DNA of 63,855 nt, filler included, from Conidiobolus incongruus B7586 (taxonomy: Eukaryota), in the NCBI GenBank assembly GCA_000697335.1. It is 18 parts of 18 records of this genome, joined end to end, with 100 filler letters (N's around TTAATTAATTAA, not from the genome) between each part and the next. Parts side by side here need not be neighbours in the genome. Positions count along the whole stretch, not along the records: positions 1 to 5,689 come from JNEM01005848.1; positions 5,790 to 9,619 come from JNEM01005851.1; positions 9,720 to 11,679 come from JNEM01005855.1; positions 11,780 to 18,460 come from JNEM01005857.1; 14 more parts are not named here. One strand, written 5' to 3'. Numbering within the stretch: the first letter of the stretch is position 1; each line of letters begins with the position of its first letter. Positions 1 to 14,326 of this stretch are shown in pieces. Made by a program: the position numbers and the translations under genes. The notes beneath the pieces are model-generated. The model was not told the DNA's origin, searched no databases, and saw only the letters and a list, made by a program, of their open reading frames with translations.

Positions 1-212
1 ACAATTCTTAATTAAATAAATTTAAATTAAAATAAATAATTTATATATATTAATTAATTTTAACTAACTATACTTAATTATATTTCATTAACTATTAGTT
101 AATATATCAAAATCTAAAATTTAACTAAGGTAAATAATAAATTTATAAGTTTATAAATTAAAAAAATATAAATAACAAAACTTATATATATCTTTTTTTT
201 ATTATATTATAT

Positions 213-630
213 TATTATAAGTGAATAATAATAGTTAAGGGCAAAATAAACAAACCTCTTAATATTTTAAAAAATATATGATAATTAGATCTTTTAATAT
301 TAAAGTATTTATTAATATTAATAAGAAATATATTAATAATTAAGTAAAAAGGTTTATTTGTATAAGAAATAATATTAGCTTTAATATAAGCTAAAGAGAA
401 GAATCTGAGTTTTTCTTATAATTAAGTGATATATATATATATATATATAAGTATATAAGGTTAAATAATAGTAAAGTTATCTAAATATAAATTTATAAAA
501 TATTAATAAAATTTAATTCAGATAATTAAGTACTAAGTAGTAAATTAAAGTAAGGAAAAATATCAATTAAGTAGCAATTGTTATAATACTTATATCTTTT
601 CTAGACTATATTAAGCTATTAATATAGTTT
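213..630 (-). repeat. 3' LTR of the gypsy element (boundaries approximate)
   Basis: Aligns with 5356-5689 (e.g. aaaaaggtttatttgtataagaa, aaatataaatttataaaatatt). Adjacent ctcccttt at ~633-640 is a polypurine tract on the minus strand. Confidence 0.75.
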
Positions 631-3600
631 TACTCCCTTTAATCTTTTTAATATAGGATAAATACATATATATAAATTTAATTACTTTAAGTGGTACTTA
701 AGTTGACTTAAAATTAAAATAGCTTAATCATTTTATAAAATGATAAGGTTTTTTATATTTTGTTTTATATCTAAGAATTTTATTAATATAATATTTTTTA
801 TCCCTTTGATTATTAATAATAGGTAATAAAGGTTCTTTGAAATTTCAATCAAGAATCTTATTTTTGGGATAATAATATGGTTTTAATAATAAGATATAAA
901 AGACTAAATAATATTTATAAGTTTTTGGTAATTTTAATATAAGATTTCTAGGTTTAGTACTTATTTTAAAAATATAGAATAGCTTAATCTAATATGGTAA
1001 AAGCTTGTAATTTGTGTTGTTTCTAGATATTTGCTTGGTGAAGGGTATATCTATTATATCTAAAAGGACTAAAGACCCAGATTTATATTTAAACAGAGTT
1101 TTATAAAATTTTAAATAATAATTTTTATTGTATATTTATTTTAACTTAGTTGATTCTAAAACTATATAGTGGATTAATTCAAATCTTTCTAATATATCCA
1201 TGATAAATTTATTGGTAATAATATCTAAGTTAAAATTGATTAATAAATTAGGATATTATCTATAATTTATAAAAAAAAGAGTTAAACTACTAGACTATTT
1301 AATTAAATTACTATAGGCAAATTATAAATAAGATAAGAGAGATTTTTAATTACTTTAATTAAAGTTAATATAATTTTTAACCATTTTTTTTAAAATCTTA
1401 ATAACTTTTTCAATTAATCTATTTGATTAATAATAGCAAACAATATTAAGCTTCATATTAATATCTATATACTATATAAAAGTTTTCTAAAATTTTAAAA
1501 TAAATTTAAAATCTCTACTAGTGATAATAATAATAAATAATTTATATAATAAGATTATCTTTTTAATTAATAAATCAATGACTTTGAATATTATAACTAT
1601 TTTATAAGTAGGAATAAAATAAGCAAATCTATTATATAAATCAATAACTACTAATATATTATCATAGCTTTTTTTTAACTTAGGTAATTCTATAAAGTTA
1701 AGCTATATTTAAGCTTAAGGTTTAAATAATAAAGATAAGGAATTTAATTCACCAACTATTTTCTTTATATTATATTTATTTCTTTAACAATTATCATAAG
1801 ATTCATAATAATTTTTTACCAACTTAATAAATTTTAGTATATAATATTTTGCTTAAATTCTATTGATAAATTAAATCTAACTTTAATATCCATTTAACTT
1901 ATAGTTGTGATATTATTTTAAAATTTTCAATCAAAGATTAAAAATTTCTAAAATATATAATTTATTATGTTTATATAACAAATTATTTAATATTTAGAAT
2001 CCTTTATATTCAGAAAGTTTTTTCTTATTATTCTCTTCTATTTTAATTTTAATTATCAAATAAAAGTTATTACATTATAGTTTTTCTTTTAAAATCTAAT
2101 AAAAATCTTTGTTATTTAAGGTGATAATTGTTAAGCTAGTTTTAATTGGTTTTTTACACTTATTACATACTAGTATATAAATTAGATTTTTACTCAATAT
2201 ATCTACAACTTTATTTTATTTGCTAAAAAGATATTTAATCAAGAATAGATATTCTTGGATAGTTTTTATCTATCTAATTTATTATTTAAATAAGTGCTTT
2301 TGTAAATTTAAGTAAATTAATATTTTAAAATTATTTAGGTTTAAAAATTCTTGATAAAACAACTAAAAACTAAACTTCTTTATAACTTCTACTAAAGTAA
2401 ATATTTCCTGCTTATATATAAGATAATTTTATTTAGTAGGCATTAATTTTTTAAATTAGAACACTAAAAGCTTTAGATCTAAATATTTAAAAACCTTTTG
2501 GTGCTTGGTTACCCTTTCTAAAATTATAAAGTGGTTGTACTTTTTAAAATCTTTAATAATTTTACTTTATATTATTTAACTATTTATAATATAGATAAAC
2601 ATATCTATAAATATAGTTATTAATAATTTAAGATTAAATAATACAAATATTAAAGCAATAGTAATTTTGTAAATTAGTATATAAAAAGAGAAAGTTTTAT
2701 TAAAGGTTTAATTAAATAATTTATCTTTATTTAATAAATCAGATATAAAACTAGTAAGCTCAATAAATACAGGAATATAATTTTTAAAATATATAACTAA
2801 TCTTAAAAAAGCTATTACTTAATATTTACTGGTAAAGATTATAATGTTATATAATCATTAAAGTTTTACTAAGTTGATAGAAATTCTTATAGAAGAAATA
2901 ATATAATTATAAAATAAAATAGATAAAATAATAAAAATATATTTAGGGAGTTTTATTAGTAACTAATTTTAGTTGAGTATTTGTAAAATAATTTTTATAT
3001 ACAAAATATAATCATATATAGTCTTTAAATAAACTAAAATACTATTTAAGTAGCATATAACAAAATTATTATAATTCTTGCTAAATAAATTATTTATAAG
3101 TTTTATAAATATAGCAGATATGTTATAGAGTTTAAAATACATAACTTTAAACTTATAATGTTCTAATATAAAATAAAAAATAATTAAAAGGATATTTTAT
3201 TTGTTAACTAAAATATTATAATAGTTGCTCTTAAATTCTATTTTAATAAAGTAATATACACTTATAAATCTATCTCTAATTTTATTTAAATTAAGTAAAA
3301 GAGTTTTATCTTTAATTGTTATATTATTAAAAAACTCTATTATAAATATAAAATCACTAATTTTTATTATATTTTTTAACAAAAAAACTAGTAAACCTTA
3401 AAAGTTTATAGAAGGTTATATAAAACTTAATTCAAATAACTTATTTATTTATTCACAAAGAACCTTATATTACTTAAAAAAATATAATAAGATAATTTAT
3501 GATAAAGTTAAGTGTTAAATATTAATTTGATTTTATGAAACATATTTTTTTAGTGATAAAGTAATTAAAACTTTAAAAACATTGCTATATTTATTGAAAA

Positions 3601-5355
3601 CCTTGTATAATAAATTTTTAACATTTAAAACATTTTTTAGATTTTCTAAAGAAATAAAGATAATATTAAAATTAATATAAATTATATTAGAATGATTTTC
3701 TAACTTTTTAATTAAATTCACAAAGGATTTTTTTGAAATTATTATAGCAAAAAAATATGTTTATTAGACAAACTTTTATTTATAATAATTAGATAATATT
3801 TTTAGAACCAACTAAAACTTAAAATAATGTTATATTTTATAAAATGTATTATAAATTAGATTTTTTTAAAGTAACCTATTACTAATAAAATATTATAATA
3901 TAAAGATCCTTTAATAGTTTATTAACAATTATTTGTATAATTCAATACTATTTTTGTTTAATCATAAAATAATTTAAATCTTTTAATAACATCTTTATTA
4001 ATAAGTACACAATTATATTTAAAATCAAATAGGAAAGAAATAAAGTGTTTGTTTAAAATATCTTTAAAAATTTATAAGGAGTATAATTTATTTTCATTAA
4101 GATTTAATTAATAAGAGTTTAAATAGATACTACTTTTCTTCTCTAATGAAATTTGAAATAATTTTTAATTATTTAAATATAATTTCAAAGGTTTATTATA
4201 AAAAATTTTTGACAAAGATTTCTCTTTGTTATTTTAACTAAATCAGGTTAAATTTGAACTAGATTAATTATTAATCTATTAATTACTTTCTTTATTATTT
4301 ACTTAAATATTGTTTAAAACTACAATACTAGAGTTTTTATTATTAGATAGTTTTTTAAGATATTTATTTTAATGGTGATTTATATTAATTTATCTATAAT
4401 AAAAGTATTATTTATTTTTTCTTAAATATAGTTTCTTTTTCTTAATTAGATGCTTTTTTTTCTATATTATAAATATATCTATAGTATTAAAATTAAACAA
4501 TTTAGATAAAGAATTATTAAAGCTTATATAGAAACCCTTATTCATTCCTTTAATATAATTCTAATTATCTTTTATCTTAACCGCTATTTTAGTAAAAATA
4601 ACAAAAATAATTGTTTTTACATTAATTTTAGAGTAGATAATTATAAAAATATTAAGCTTGAGTCTTCTCTTAAACTTATCTTTTTTTTATCTTTAGATAA
4701 GTTAAGAATTTTTAATTTAAGTAAATTCTTCTATAAAATTTCTAAATAATTTTTGCTAATTTGTTTTAAGCAAGAGTAATTATATTTAATAAGTAAAACC
4801 TCTACTTAATCACTTATTTAAATTAGTTAAATGTTTAGATTTTATTAGGATAAAAAGAACTACTAGTAAAATTAAATGTGTCTTCTAAATATTTACACCA
4901 CTAGAGTTTAATATAAAAGGTTAATTTAGAAATTGAAATTTTTAATAAATAATATAGATTTAGAGTTTAGATTTTTTAAAGATTTTGGTTAGCTTGTTTA
5001 AAAATTCTTCTAGTTTTTTGGGAGATTTTGAGCTATTATAAGTAGTTAAATTATTTGTGAAGAATTTAACTTTATTAAAGCTTTTTAAAATAGATAATAA
5101 AATTCTATAACTATTTAATTGTGTTATTATTAGTTATATATAATTAATCTACTAGGTGTACTTTAATTTTAATCTATACTTAGTAAAAGTACCATTGGTA
5201 TTGATATAATCTTATTAATTAATAGAATAATATTTATTTTTACTAAAACTTTAAATATTTATTTTATTTTAGTTATATACAAAATAATAGGTTATAATTA
5301 TAATATCTTTAATTATATTAGTAAAAGTACTTTTAGATCTTTTTAATCATTGCTA

Positions 5356-5689
5356 TTATTTAAGTAAATAACAATAGTTAAGGGTAAAGGAAACAGGTTT
5401 CTTAATACTTTAAGAAATATATAATAACTAAATCCTTTAATATTAATATATTAACTAATATTAAAAAGAAATATATTAAAAGTTAAACAAAAAGGTTTAT
5501 TTGTATAAGAAGTAATATAAACCTCAATGTAAGTTAAAGAGAAAAAACTAAGTTTTTCTTATAGCTTAGTGAAATATATATACATAAGTGTATAAAGTTA
5601 AGTAATAATAAGGTTACTCAAATATAAATTTATAAAATATTGATAAAATTTAATTTAGATAATTAAGTCTTTAATTATGAATTAAAGTA
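5356..5689 (-). repeat. 5' LTR of the gypsy element, truncated by assembly gap
   Basis: Direct repeat of ~213-552; differences are mostly transitions. Confidence 0.8.
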
Positions 5690-5789
5690 NNNNNNNNNNN
5701 NNNNNNNNNNNNNNNNNNNNNNNNNNNNNNNNNTTAATTAATTAANNNNNNNNNNNNNNNNNNNNNNNNNNNNNNNNNNNNNNNNNNNN
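5690..5789. other. Artificial contig linker N44-TTAATTAATTAA-N44; also at 9620, 11680, 18461, 24440, 25990, 29089, 31571, 33500, 35715, 37342, 38595, 40118, 41621, 54621, 61612, 62728
   Basis: Identical 100-nt spacer with stops in all six frames, 17 times. Confidence 0.97.
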
Positions 5790-6338
5790 TTTATAAATTA
5801 TTAATTTATTGAAATATGATCAGAATATAAATTATATAATATAATTAATTATCAATATTTATCAATATCAATTGAGTTGATTTTCTATTTTTTTAATTAA
5901 AGCAATTTATTAATTTTAAACTTGATAAAAAAATGTATAACTATTGATAATAATATTTTTATTAAATTTATAACTATATAATAGAGAAAATAATTGTAAT
6001 GACAATCATAAATTTATAGTTTTACTAAGTTTGGGTTCAATGTTGATAATTATTAATTATAATGTATTGAATAAATATATCAGGTCAGAGAATAAATTTA
6101 CAACGGTAGGAGGAAAAAATTATCTTGTTTGATGGAAAAGATCAATAAAGTTAATTTTTTAATAAAATATTATTTTAAATATAAGTTAATAAAAAAAGAA
6201 TTTGGATTATATTGATTAAAAATTATAAATATATTTTATTATAAAACTAAAATGTGACATACAAAAAAAATTATTTTATAAAATTCCTCTATCTTTTATA
6301 TCTATTTTCTTTTCAATAATTGAAACGATTACAAAAAT

Positions 6339-8447
6339 TTACTTCCGACCGAACTTTCTCTTTTGTCCTTTTTTAGGAGAAGGTTGAGAATTTGAATCGG
6401 AGACACCAGAATCTGAAACGTTACCGTTATCAGCAGTACCATTTTGTTTTTGCTTGTTCTTCTTCTTCTTTTTAGTGTGGAAACCTTCAGATCCCTTGGC
6501 ATCCTTTTGGTTGTATAACTTCTTGAGTTTGGCGACGTAGAACCCATCCATATTATGGGTATGGGGGTAGTAACGCTTGGTGAGATTTAAAGTGGGGTGG
6601 AATTGCTTGTCTTGGTAGCGTGTGAAACCGTCAACACCAAAGGTGAGACCAGTATCGACTAATTTGACATTGGGACGTTTCTGTAAAGCATAGTTGACAA
6701 CTGCTTCATTTTCTTCGACAGTAACGGAACAAGTAGAGTAAACAATGACACCGCCGTTAGGACCGCGAGCATCGACAGAGTCAATAGCACTTAAAATCAA
6801 TTCCTTTTGGAGGTTAGAAAGCATGATGAAGTCGTCAGCGGATTTCTTGGCCTTGACACTGGGATCTTTACTAATGACACCAGTACCGGAACAGGGAGCA
6901 TCGAGTAAGACTCGGTTGAATCCACCTTTGACTTCAGGGAATTTACGACCGTCATAATTACAGACGACGGCGTTTTTGACACCCATTCTGTGAATGTTAG
7001 CAAGAAGAGATTTGGTACGATCCTTGTTGGAGTCGTTGGCGTAAATTAAACCAGTGTTCTTGAGGAGAGCAGCAATGTAAGTGGTCTTACCACCAGGAGC
7101 TGAACACATATCCAAAATATGTTCGTTCTCTTTGGGATCTAATGCCATGACTGGTAACATTGAAGAAGCGGCTTGTAGCATATAATGACCGGCCAAATAT
7201 TCGGGAGTAGCACCAACGGGGACAGTAGAGTCGAAAACTTGTAATCCAACGGATGTCCAATCGCCCAAAGGATCCAAGTTAATACCACGAGCGATCAATG
7301 CTTGAGCTAAATCTCTACGTCTAGTTTTCAAAGTGTTAGTTCTTAAAGTAATGGGTCTAGGAACTTCGTTAGCTTCGAAGAATTCCAAAGCTTGATGAAC
7401 GGGGAACAAATGGAACAATTTTTCAGCAAGATAGTGAGAATAGCCATAGTAAGTGGCAATATCATTAATCAACTGAGTGACATAATCGGATCTTGAACTG
7501 TTAGCAGCTCTCAATTGTTTGAAATTGCTCAACACACGTACGATTTCTTGCATACGTTGATTTACCATCTTCAAATCGGGAGGATTTTCAGCTTCATGGG
7601 CCAATTCTTCTTCTGTAGGTAGGTGGAATTTTTGTTCTTCAGGAATTTCGGGAATCTTTTGAGCTTCTAACAATTCTTCTTGAGCTAATTTAGCATCGCG
7701 TTTAGCTTTTTTGTCGAGTTTGCGTGATTTAGTTTCAATATCATCATCCTAATATTGATTGATTAATTATTGATATTATTTGAACAAAAATATTCTATTT
7801 ACATCATCGTCGCTATCTTCGTCGAGATCGTCAAATTCGTCATCTTCCTAATTACAAATTAAAATTTAAAAATCATATAATAAAATTAATATGAAAATAA
7901 ATAATTACAGGTAATTCTTCTTCGTCTTCGTCGAATAAAGCACCTTTGGGTTTTAACCAATCAGCATTTTCGTCATCGAAACCAGCGGTTTCTTCGTCAC
8001 TAATAATATTTAATAAAATATTATATATTAAATAATTTGAATATTTACTTGAAACCTGTCCAATCTTCGTTATTATCTTCAACCTCTTCTTGAGGGCCTT
8101 GCTCATCTTCAGAGTCAAACAAATGCCTATTACAATAAATTAATAAAGAAAATATTAATAAAAAAAATAAAAAAATACCCTTTAGCCAAAGGTTTATCCA
8201 TTTTGCTAATTTCGTCGTCTTCTAAATCAAACAAATCTTCCTCACTATCCTCATTCTCTTGTTCCTCGGCAGTTTTCTTCAACTCTTTCTTTTGTTTCTT
8301 AGCCTTCTCCTTAGGTTTATCAGCTTTCTCTTTCACTTCTTTCTTTTTGGGTTTTTGATTCTTTGTCTTGGCCTTTTTTTCTTCCCCCAAAGGCTTGGGA
8401 TCTGCTTGATGTTTTAATTTGCGTTTTTTTATGTGAAGATTGGCCAT
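6339..8447 (-). CDS. NOP2: 25S rRNA m5C methyltransferase Nop2 (NSUN1); exons 8447-8179, 8126-8049, 7999-7909, 7847-7803, 7748-6339
   Basis: Motifs GATPEYLAGHY, DMCSAPGGKT, LLDAPCSGTG, YSTCS, PHTHNMDGF. Acidic/basic N-terminus joined in frame by four 49-61 nt GT-AG introns. Confidence 0.95.
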
Positions 8448-9719
8448 TTTTTATTTGTTATTGTATATTCAATTAATATAATTATATTAATTAAATTTTA
8501 TCCTTTTAAAATTTTTACACTTGAAATCTTATTATGGGATTAACTTTTTTTTACTTATATTAAATTCAATTTATTAAAAACTTGATGCATTTGAATAAAA
8601 TTGTAAAAATTCACGTGATCTCGCTTGACTATATAAACCTAAAATTTAATTATTTCATTTTTTACTAATTTGTATTATTTAATATTGGTTTCAAATTCTT
8701 AAAAAATAAACCTGGCTCTAGTCTGAATTCATTCTCCAAGCTATTCATTTCAAACTATTTAAGTTTTTTTTTAAATTTCAGTTGAAAATTTATAATAACC
8801 AAGTCAAATACTATAAAATAATAATTATATTATTTTCATTCATTTATTTGGATTAAAACACCTTCAAGTGAAATAAACTATAGTCAATAAAAATAATTTC
8901 TTATTGTCTCAGAAAGTAAATATCAATAAACCAACAAAACTATTTTATTTCATTAAAAATACAATTTTTAACACAAGATCGATCTTTTTATATACTAGAA
9001 ACTAAGCTTAATTTCAATAAACATTAATCAAAGTTTCAGAAATCCATTTAATATTAACAAATTCTTAATTATCATTTGGGATAATTTTCATTGTAGGCAA
9101 TTCTCAATATTTTTAGTTTCAATTTTGAAATTTTAGTTCTATTTCAATTATTGATTTAATATATGAATAAATAATATTGCGGCAATTTAATATATACCTT
9201 GCACTTTTCATTTTAATTTCAGGTATAATATAAACATAAAATAACTTATAATTAAATTCAAAATATAAAAATATTTATTCTTTTAGATATAATTTAAATT
9301 GAATCTCTTGTTTGATTTTATAATTAATAATATTGGTAACTTCTAAAGATAAATATTTTTTAGGATAAAATTGTTAAATTCTATTTTTTGTCCAAATATG
9401 TGAAATATAATATTTTTTAAATACTTAAAAATAATAATAATAAAGAACAAAAATAATATTATTAAATTTTATTAAATTGAATTTATTCTACTATATTTTT
9501 TATTATAAAATTAATTTTCAATTTTCAAATCTTATTTAAATAATTTAAATATAAGTTATTTAATCTTTATTTTTAATTTTATCATTGAAATTGATAAAAA
9601 TTTTCATATAAATTTATTANNNNNNNNNNNNNNNNNNNNNNNNNNNNNNNNNNNNNNNNNNNNTTAATTAATTAANNNNNNNNNNNNNNNNNNNNNNNNN
9701 NNNNNNNNNNNNNNNNNNN

Positions 9720-9835
9720 TATTAAAAATATATAATTTCCTATTAACTTTGTATATATTTATTCATTTCAAACTAATAATATGTTTGAAAAATCGGAAAT
9801 TAAAAAATTTCCCATTATTTCAAATTCAAGGTAAT
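9720..9835 (-). mobile_element. 5' end/TIR fragment of mariner family A
   Basis: tttgaaaaatcggaaattaaaaaatttcccattatttcaaattcaagg matches the element end at ~41560-41613. Confidence 0.65.
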
Positions 9836-10959
9836 ATTTAAGTTTAATTTATGGTTAATAAATTAAAATTATTGAAAATTAAATAAATATTATTTTTTAA
9901 AAAGATACTTATTAACTTTATAATTAACTTAAACTTTTTAACAATAATAATAACTTTTATTTATTTTTCAATAGATTTTAACTTCTTTATTAAATATTTT
10001 CTTATAGATTTTTAAAATAAAAACATTTATCATTTGAAATTTAAGTAAGCTAAAATAAGTTTTAAAAGATTAATTCTTAAGATAAAAAGATATAATTATA
10101 AAGTAAAGGATATTATCAATTATAATAAATATATTATAAATATCAAAAATAAATATATTATAAAATATTCCCTATTAATTAACTAAAGTTTTACTTGAGG
10201 ATTAAAATATCATAATAATTTGTGGATTTATTTTTATTTAGTGATAATTAATATATTTCAATATATCTCATTAAATTTCTATATTAATTACCTTATAGAA
10301 GTTTTTATTTAAGTTATGAACATTTTTTTTTATTAATTAAACTTAATTTTTTAAGTAATACCTTTTTCAAAAGCTTTTACTAATTATATAAATGTTTATA
10401 TTTTTATAATAAGTCAGCCCCTTAAAGATTTTTTAGGATTAAGCTTGTAATAAGTTAATTATTAAATATAAGTAAATTTTTCTAAAAAAAATAGTTAATT
10501 TAAAGATATTCTTTAAATCTTCATTAAGAATTAAATTAAAGTAATTCTTTATATTTTTATGATAATTTTCAAGCTTGTAAAGGTTTTTAAACTATTATAA
10601 ATGATTAGTTAATCTTTAAAAACACTAAGTAAGTGATTTATTATATTAATAATAATGAAATAGCTTGTTTATTAGATTTAAGCTTTTTAAGTTATATTTT
10701 TCTTAACCAAAAGTTATTTAATATACGTTTTTTAAAGGGCAACAAGCTTTTAAAGATTAAAATCTTAAATTCACTCAGTAATTAAACTACTATTATTATT
10801 AATATAATATAAGGGTATTTTTTTTAGTGGTATTATAGTATATAATATTAAATTTAAGTAAATTAAATTATAAATAAAATTTAAAATAGCAATAATTAGA
10901 TTTAATATAAATAATTATTAGTTTCTAATAGGTTTTTAGTAATTTTATTATTATAATTA

Positions 10960-11352
10960 TATAAGTATAATGGTAAAATACTAATATAAGGTAGAAGAAG
11001 ACTTTAAGAGTAGTATAACAGAATATATTATTATAATGTGGTTATAATATATAAATATAAATAAAGTTTAATTAATCTTTAAACTAGTATAAATTACTAA
11101 TATATTAACATTTATATTAAGTAATATTAATATACTATAATATTAATAAAATATAGTTTTAATCTCAGATTTAATAAAAGGATAAGGAATAATAAGAATG
11201 AAGAAAAAAAAAGAAAAACCTAATTTATTAAATAATTCAATATTTTTTATATAATTAATTTAACTATACAAGTATAAATTAATTATATAATATATAATTA
11301 ATTAAATTATATAAAAGTGTATATAAGAATTTAAAAGATTAGTCTTTTAACA
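10960..11352 (-). repeat. Solo LTR (family of the 26090-28955 gypsy element)
   Basis: Reverse complement of 28555-28955; ends ...gtcttttaaca (TGTT start on minus strand). Confidence 0.85.
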
Positions 11353-11679
11353 AAAATAATATTTAATTGATTTAATTTATATTAAATAATAGTTCTTTTT
11401 AATTTATTATTTTAAATATTTTAATATATTTTAATATTAATTCTTTTATTAACCTTATAAAAATATCTTATACCTAAAGATAATATATATCTTTAAACTA
11501 TAATTAACTTATTATTATATTTTTAGGTTATAATAACATAATGGTTATAAATTAATTTTTTATCTTTTTTGAAATATTTAGCTTTTTTATTAAATTTATT
11601 AAGATATATCTTTGTTTTATTAAATTAAATAACCTTATTTTAATTAATTTTAATTTAACTATAATGTTGATATTTAAAC
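11353..11679 (-). mobile_element. Tc1-like transposase fragment abutting the solo LTR
   Basis: Minus strand *KYNNKLIIV*RYILSLGIRYFYKVNKRIN..LKRTII*YKLNQLNIIF matches the Tc1 relic at ~36800-36970. Confidence 0.7.
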
Positions 11680-14232
11680 NNNNNNNNNNNNNNNNNNNNN
11701 NNNNNNNNNNNNNNNNNNNNNNNTTAATTAATTAANNNNNNNNNNNNNNNNNNNNNNNNNNNNNNNNNNNNNNNNNNNNTTTAAAATTTATAATGATATT
11801 TAATTTTAATATTTAAGTTAAAAATTTTTTTAATTTTAATTAATAAAGAGTTTAATTATATTAAATAATATATTATCTAATGTTAAAAAAAAACTAATAA
11901 ATTAAATTTGTAAATGATATAATATTAATCCAATACATTGAATGATATATGTATTAAAATTATTTTATTTAAAATGTGGTTATATACATCAGTATAAATG
12001 AAAGAAATAAATTTAAAAAAACACTTTTACCATCTATACTTTATTAACTTTTTCTTCAAAAGAGTTTTCAATATTAAATAACACTATTGTTGATTTAATC
12101 ATGAAGTTATATTTGCTAAATTTATTGAATATTATTTTATCTAAATCAAAACTCGAATTTAAATAACATTTATTCATTTGAACATGCTATAACATTATAC
12201 TATGGATAGAATGGATATATCCTATTCATTGTTATAGCTAATGGAATTGAATTCGAATTATTAATAGAAAAAAAATTTTTTTATCACCTATTAAGTTTTA
12301 TAAATAGGTTTTATCAATTTAGAAACCAGAGATTTTAACTTTTAAAACAAGGTTTTTAATTTGTTTCACAGGTAGTCATTTTCAAGTTTCCCATAATTAA
12401 TTAAAATTAATTTAAATAAAGTTTAAGACAGTTTCATTTAAACATAAAAGTCAATAAGAACAAGTTTCAGCATAATGCCGAGACGTGATCACTGATCCCT
12501 TAAGCAATTTATTGACAATTGAGATGAAGTAATGACTAGGTGCTATTTCAGGAGTAATACTTAATATTAGATAATAAATTAAAAATTATTAATATGTGCA
12601 ATAAAAATAGAATGTTAGAGAAGATAAATCAATATAATACAAATTAGGAATTATTTAATTTTTTTTATTGATTATAATATTTTTTTATATTAATAAATAT
12701 TATAGAATAAGATGCAATACTTGCGTTATTCAACAAATGATTACTTTTACCTAATTTATTTATTTAACTCATAACAAATATGCTGATAACTCCCTATTAT
12801 TCACCAGATTAGAGTATCATTTTATATAATTAAGCTATATTACAATATTTAATATTGTTTAGTTTTTAATATGATAAATATTTATAGAATCATAAATTTT
12901 ATTATTAATATTATTATATAAATTTTAAATTACAATTTTAATATAATTATATTATTATTTTAATTTAAAAAGAAATTAAACTATTCAATAAGGCGAGAAA
13001 AATATACATATATATCATATATTCTTTATCAAGAGTATAAATATAATGTATGATTTATAAAGTTAAAAATATGATAAAAATAGATTATTATTATTATTAT
13101 TTCTTGGTTAGAATTAAATTTGCATAAATCTCCGACTTAACAAAAAAAATAAAATTGATTATAAAAGTATTTAATTATTATTAATTAATTCGTTGTTATT
13201 ATTAATTTTAATTATATATTTTTTTCTTTTTTTTAATTTTAAATTAAAAAAATTTAATATGAAAAATAGTTAAAAATTAAATATTATATTCAATTTTATT
13301 ATAATCACATTTGAATAAAAACTAATTAATTAGAGAGTATTCATAATTACATCAATATTTAATAATAAATCTAGAACCTGTAACTTTTTTTTAGAGGTGA
13401 AATTTATTTTAATTTCAAAAATCAAAATTTCTTTTATTTTTTTTTCTTTTAAATAATTATTTCTAAATTTTTAATGTTAAATTTTATACCCTAATTAAAT
13501 TTTATATTTATATAAATATTTATTAATTTTATAATAATATCAATTTAATAATTATTTAATCTATATAATATTAGTTTTTTTTCAAATAATAATCAATTCA
13601 TTATTAATCATTATATTATATCATTAATAAAAAAACTAATAATTTTAACAATGATTCAAATTAAAATAATAAATTTTTGATTATAATTTTAATTTTTTTA
13701 TATTAAATATATATATATATATATATTAATACAGTAAACCATCATTTATAACAAAAGAATATTATAACTATGAAAATTAAATACTAACAATTTTCATTCA
13801 TTTTTGAATAGCCATCAATCCATTAAACTTCAATTTAATTAAAATTAATTTATTTAGAAAAGATTATTTTACAACAATAAATACAATCTTAAAAAATAAT
13901 TAACAATCATTAAAAACTATAGGTTATAATAACAAACTTATATACATTTAAGCTATAAGTAGCCATTAATTAATTCAAATTTGTTCTAGTAAATGTTGAA
14001 ATTTATTAAACAATTTAATTCTTTAATAGAATTAGTATGTTTTTACCTTTTTCAAAGTGGGTAGATTGTGTGTGGATAGTTGATGTTAATGAGTTACAAA
14101 TGAGTTTAGTCAACTTGTAAGGAGTTTCTAGGTGAGCTGTAGTAGATTAAATAAATTAATTTATTGAAAATTTTACAACGTTGATGGTGATGGGATCCAA
14201 AATATTGGATATTTTAACAGATTTTTCCTGAT

Positions 14233-14294
14233 TTAGGTGCGATTAGTCATTTCGTTTTTGATCGCTGCTGCTGTTGCTGATGACGATGGTGTTG

Positions 14295-14326
<32 letters not shown>

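Larger units (their letters stand above)
213..5689 (-). mobile_element. Degenerate near-full-length Ty3/gypsy (chromovirus) LTR retrotransposon
   Basis: Direct repeats at ~213-630 and ~5356-5689. Minus-strand relics in gypsy order: protease-like FLFD(SG) at ~4030; RT NNITIKDK..L at 3197-3382 and HYKFKVMYFKLYNISAIF..FVICYLNSILVY at ~3030-3165 (cf. HYEFRVMPFGLCNAPATF..YLDDILVYS); integrase LNFIELPK..YDNILVVIDL..RFAYFIP at ~1600-1710; chromodomain YYINKILRYK..FIK*LSY..ST*VPL at ~690-795. Many stops. Confidence 0.9.

Noticed and set aside
3197..3721. Short ORFs 3197-3382 and 3533-3721 as genes
   Set aside because: Stop-free remnants of the mutated gypsy pol.
6329..7003. Small ORFs overlapping NOP2; likewise 14649-15074, 29133-29408, 49330-49518, 51988-52233, 53585-53767, 54405-54611
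   Set aside because: Alternative-frame or antisense shadows of real genes.
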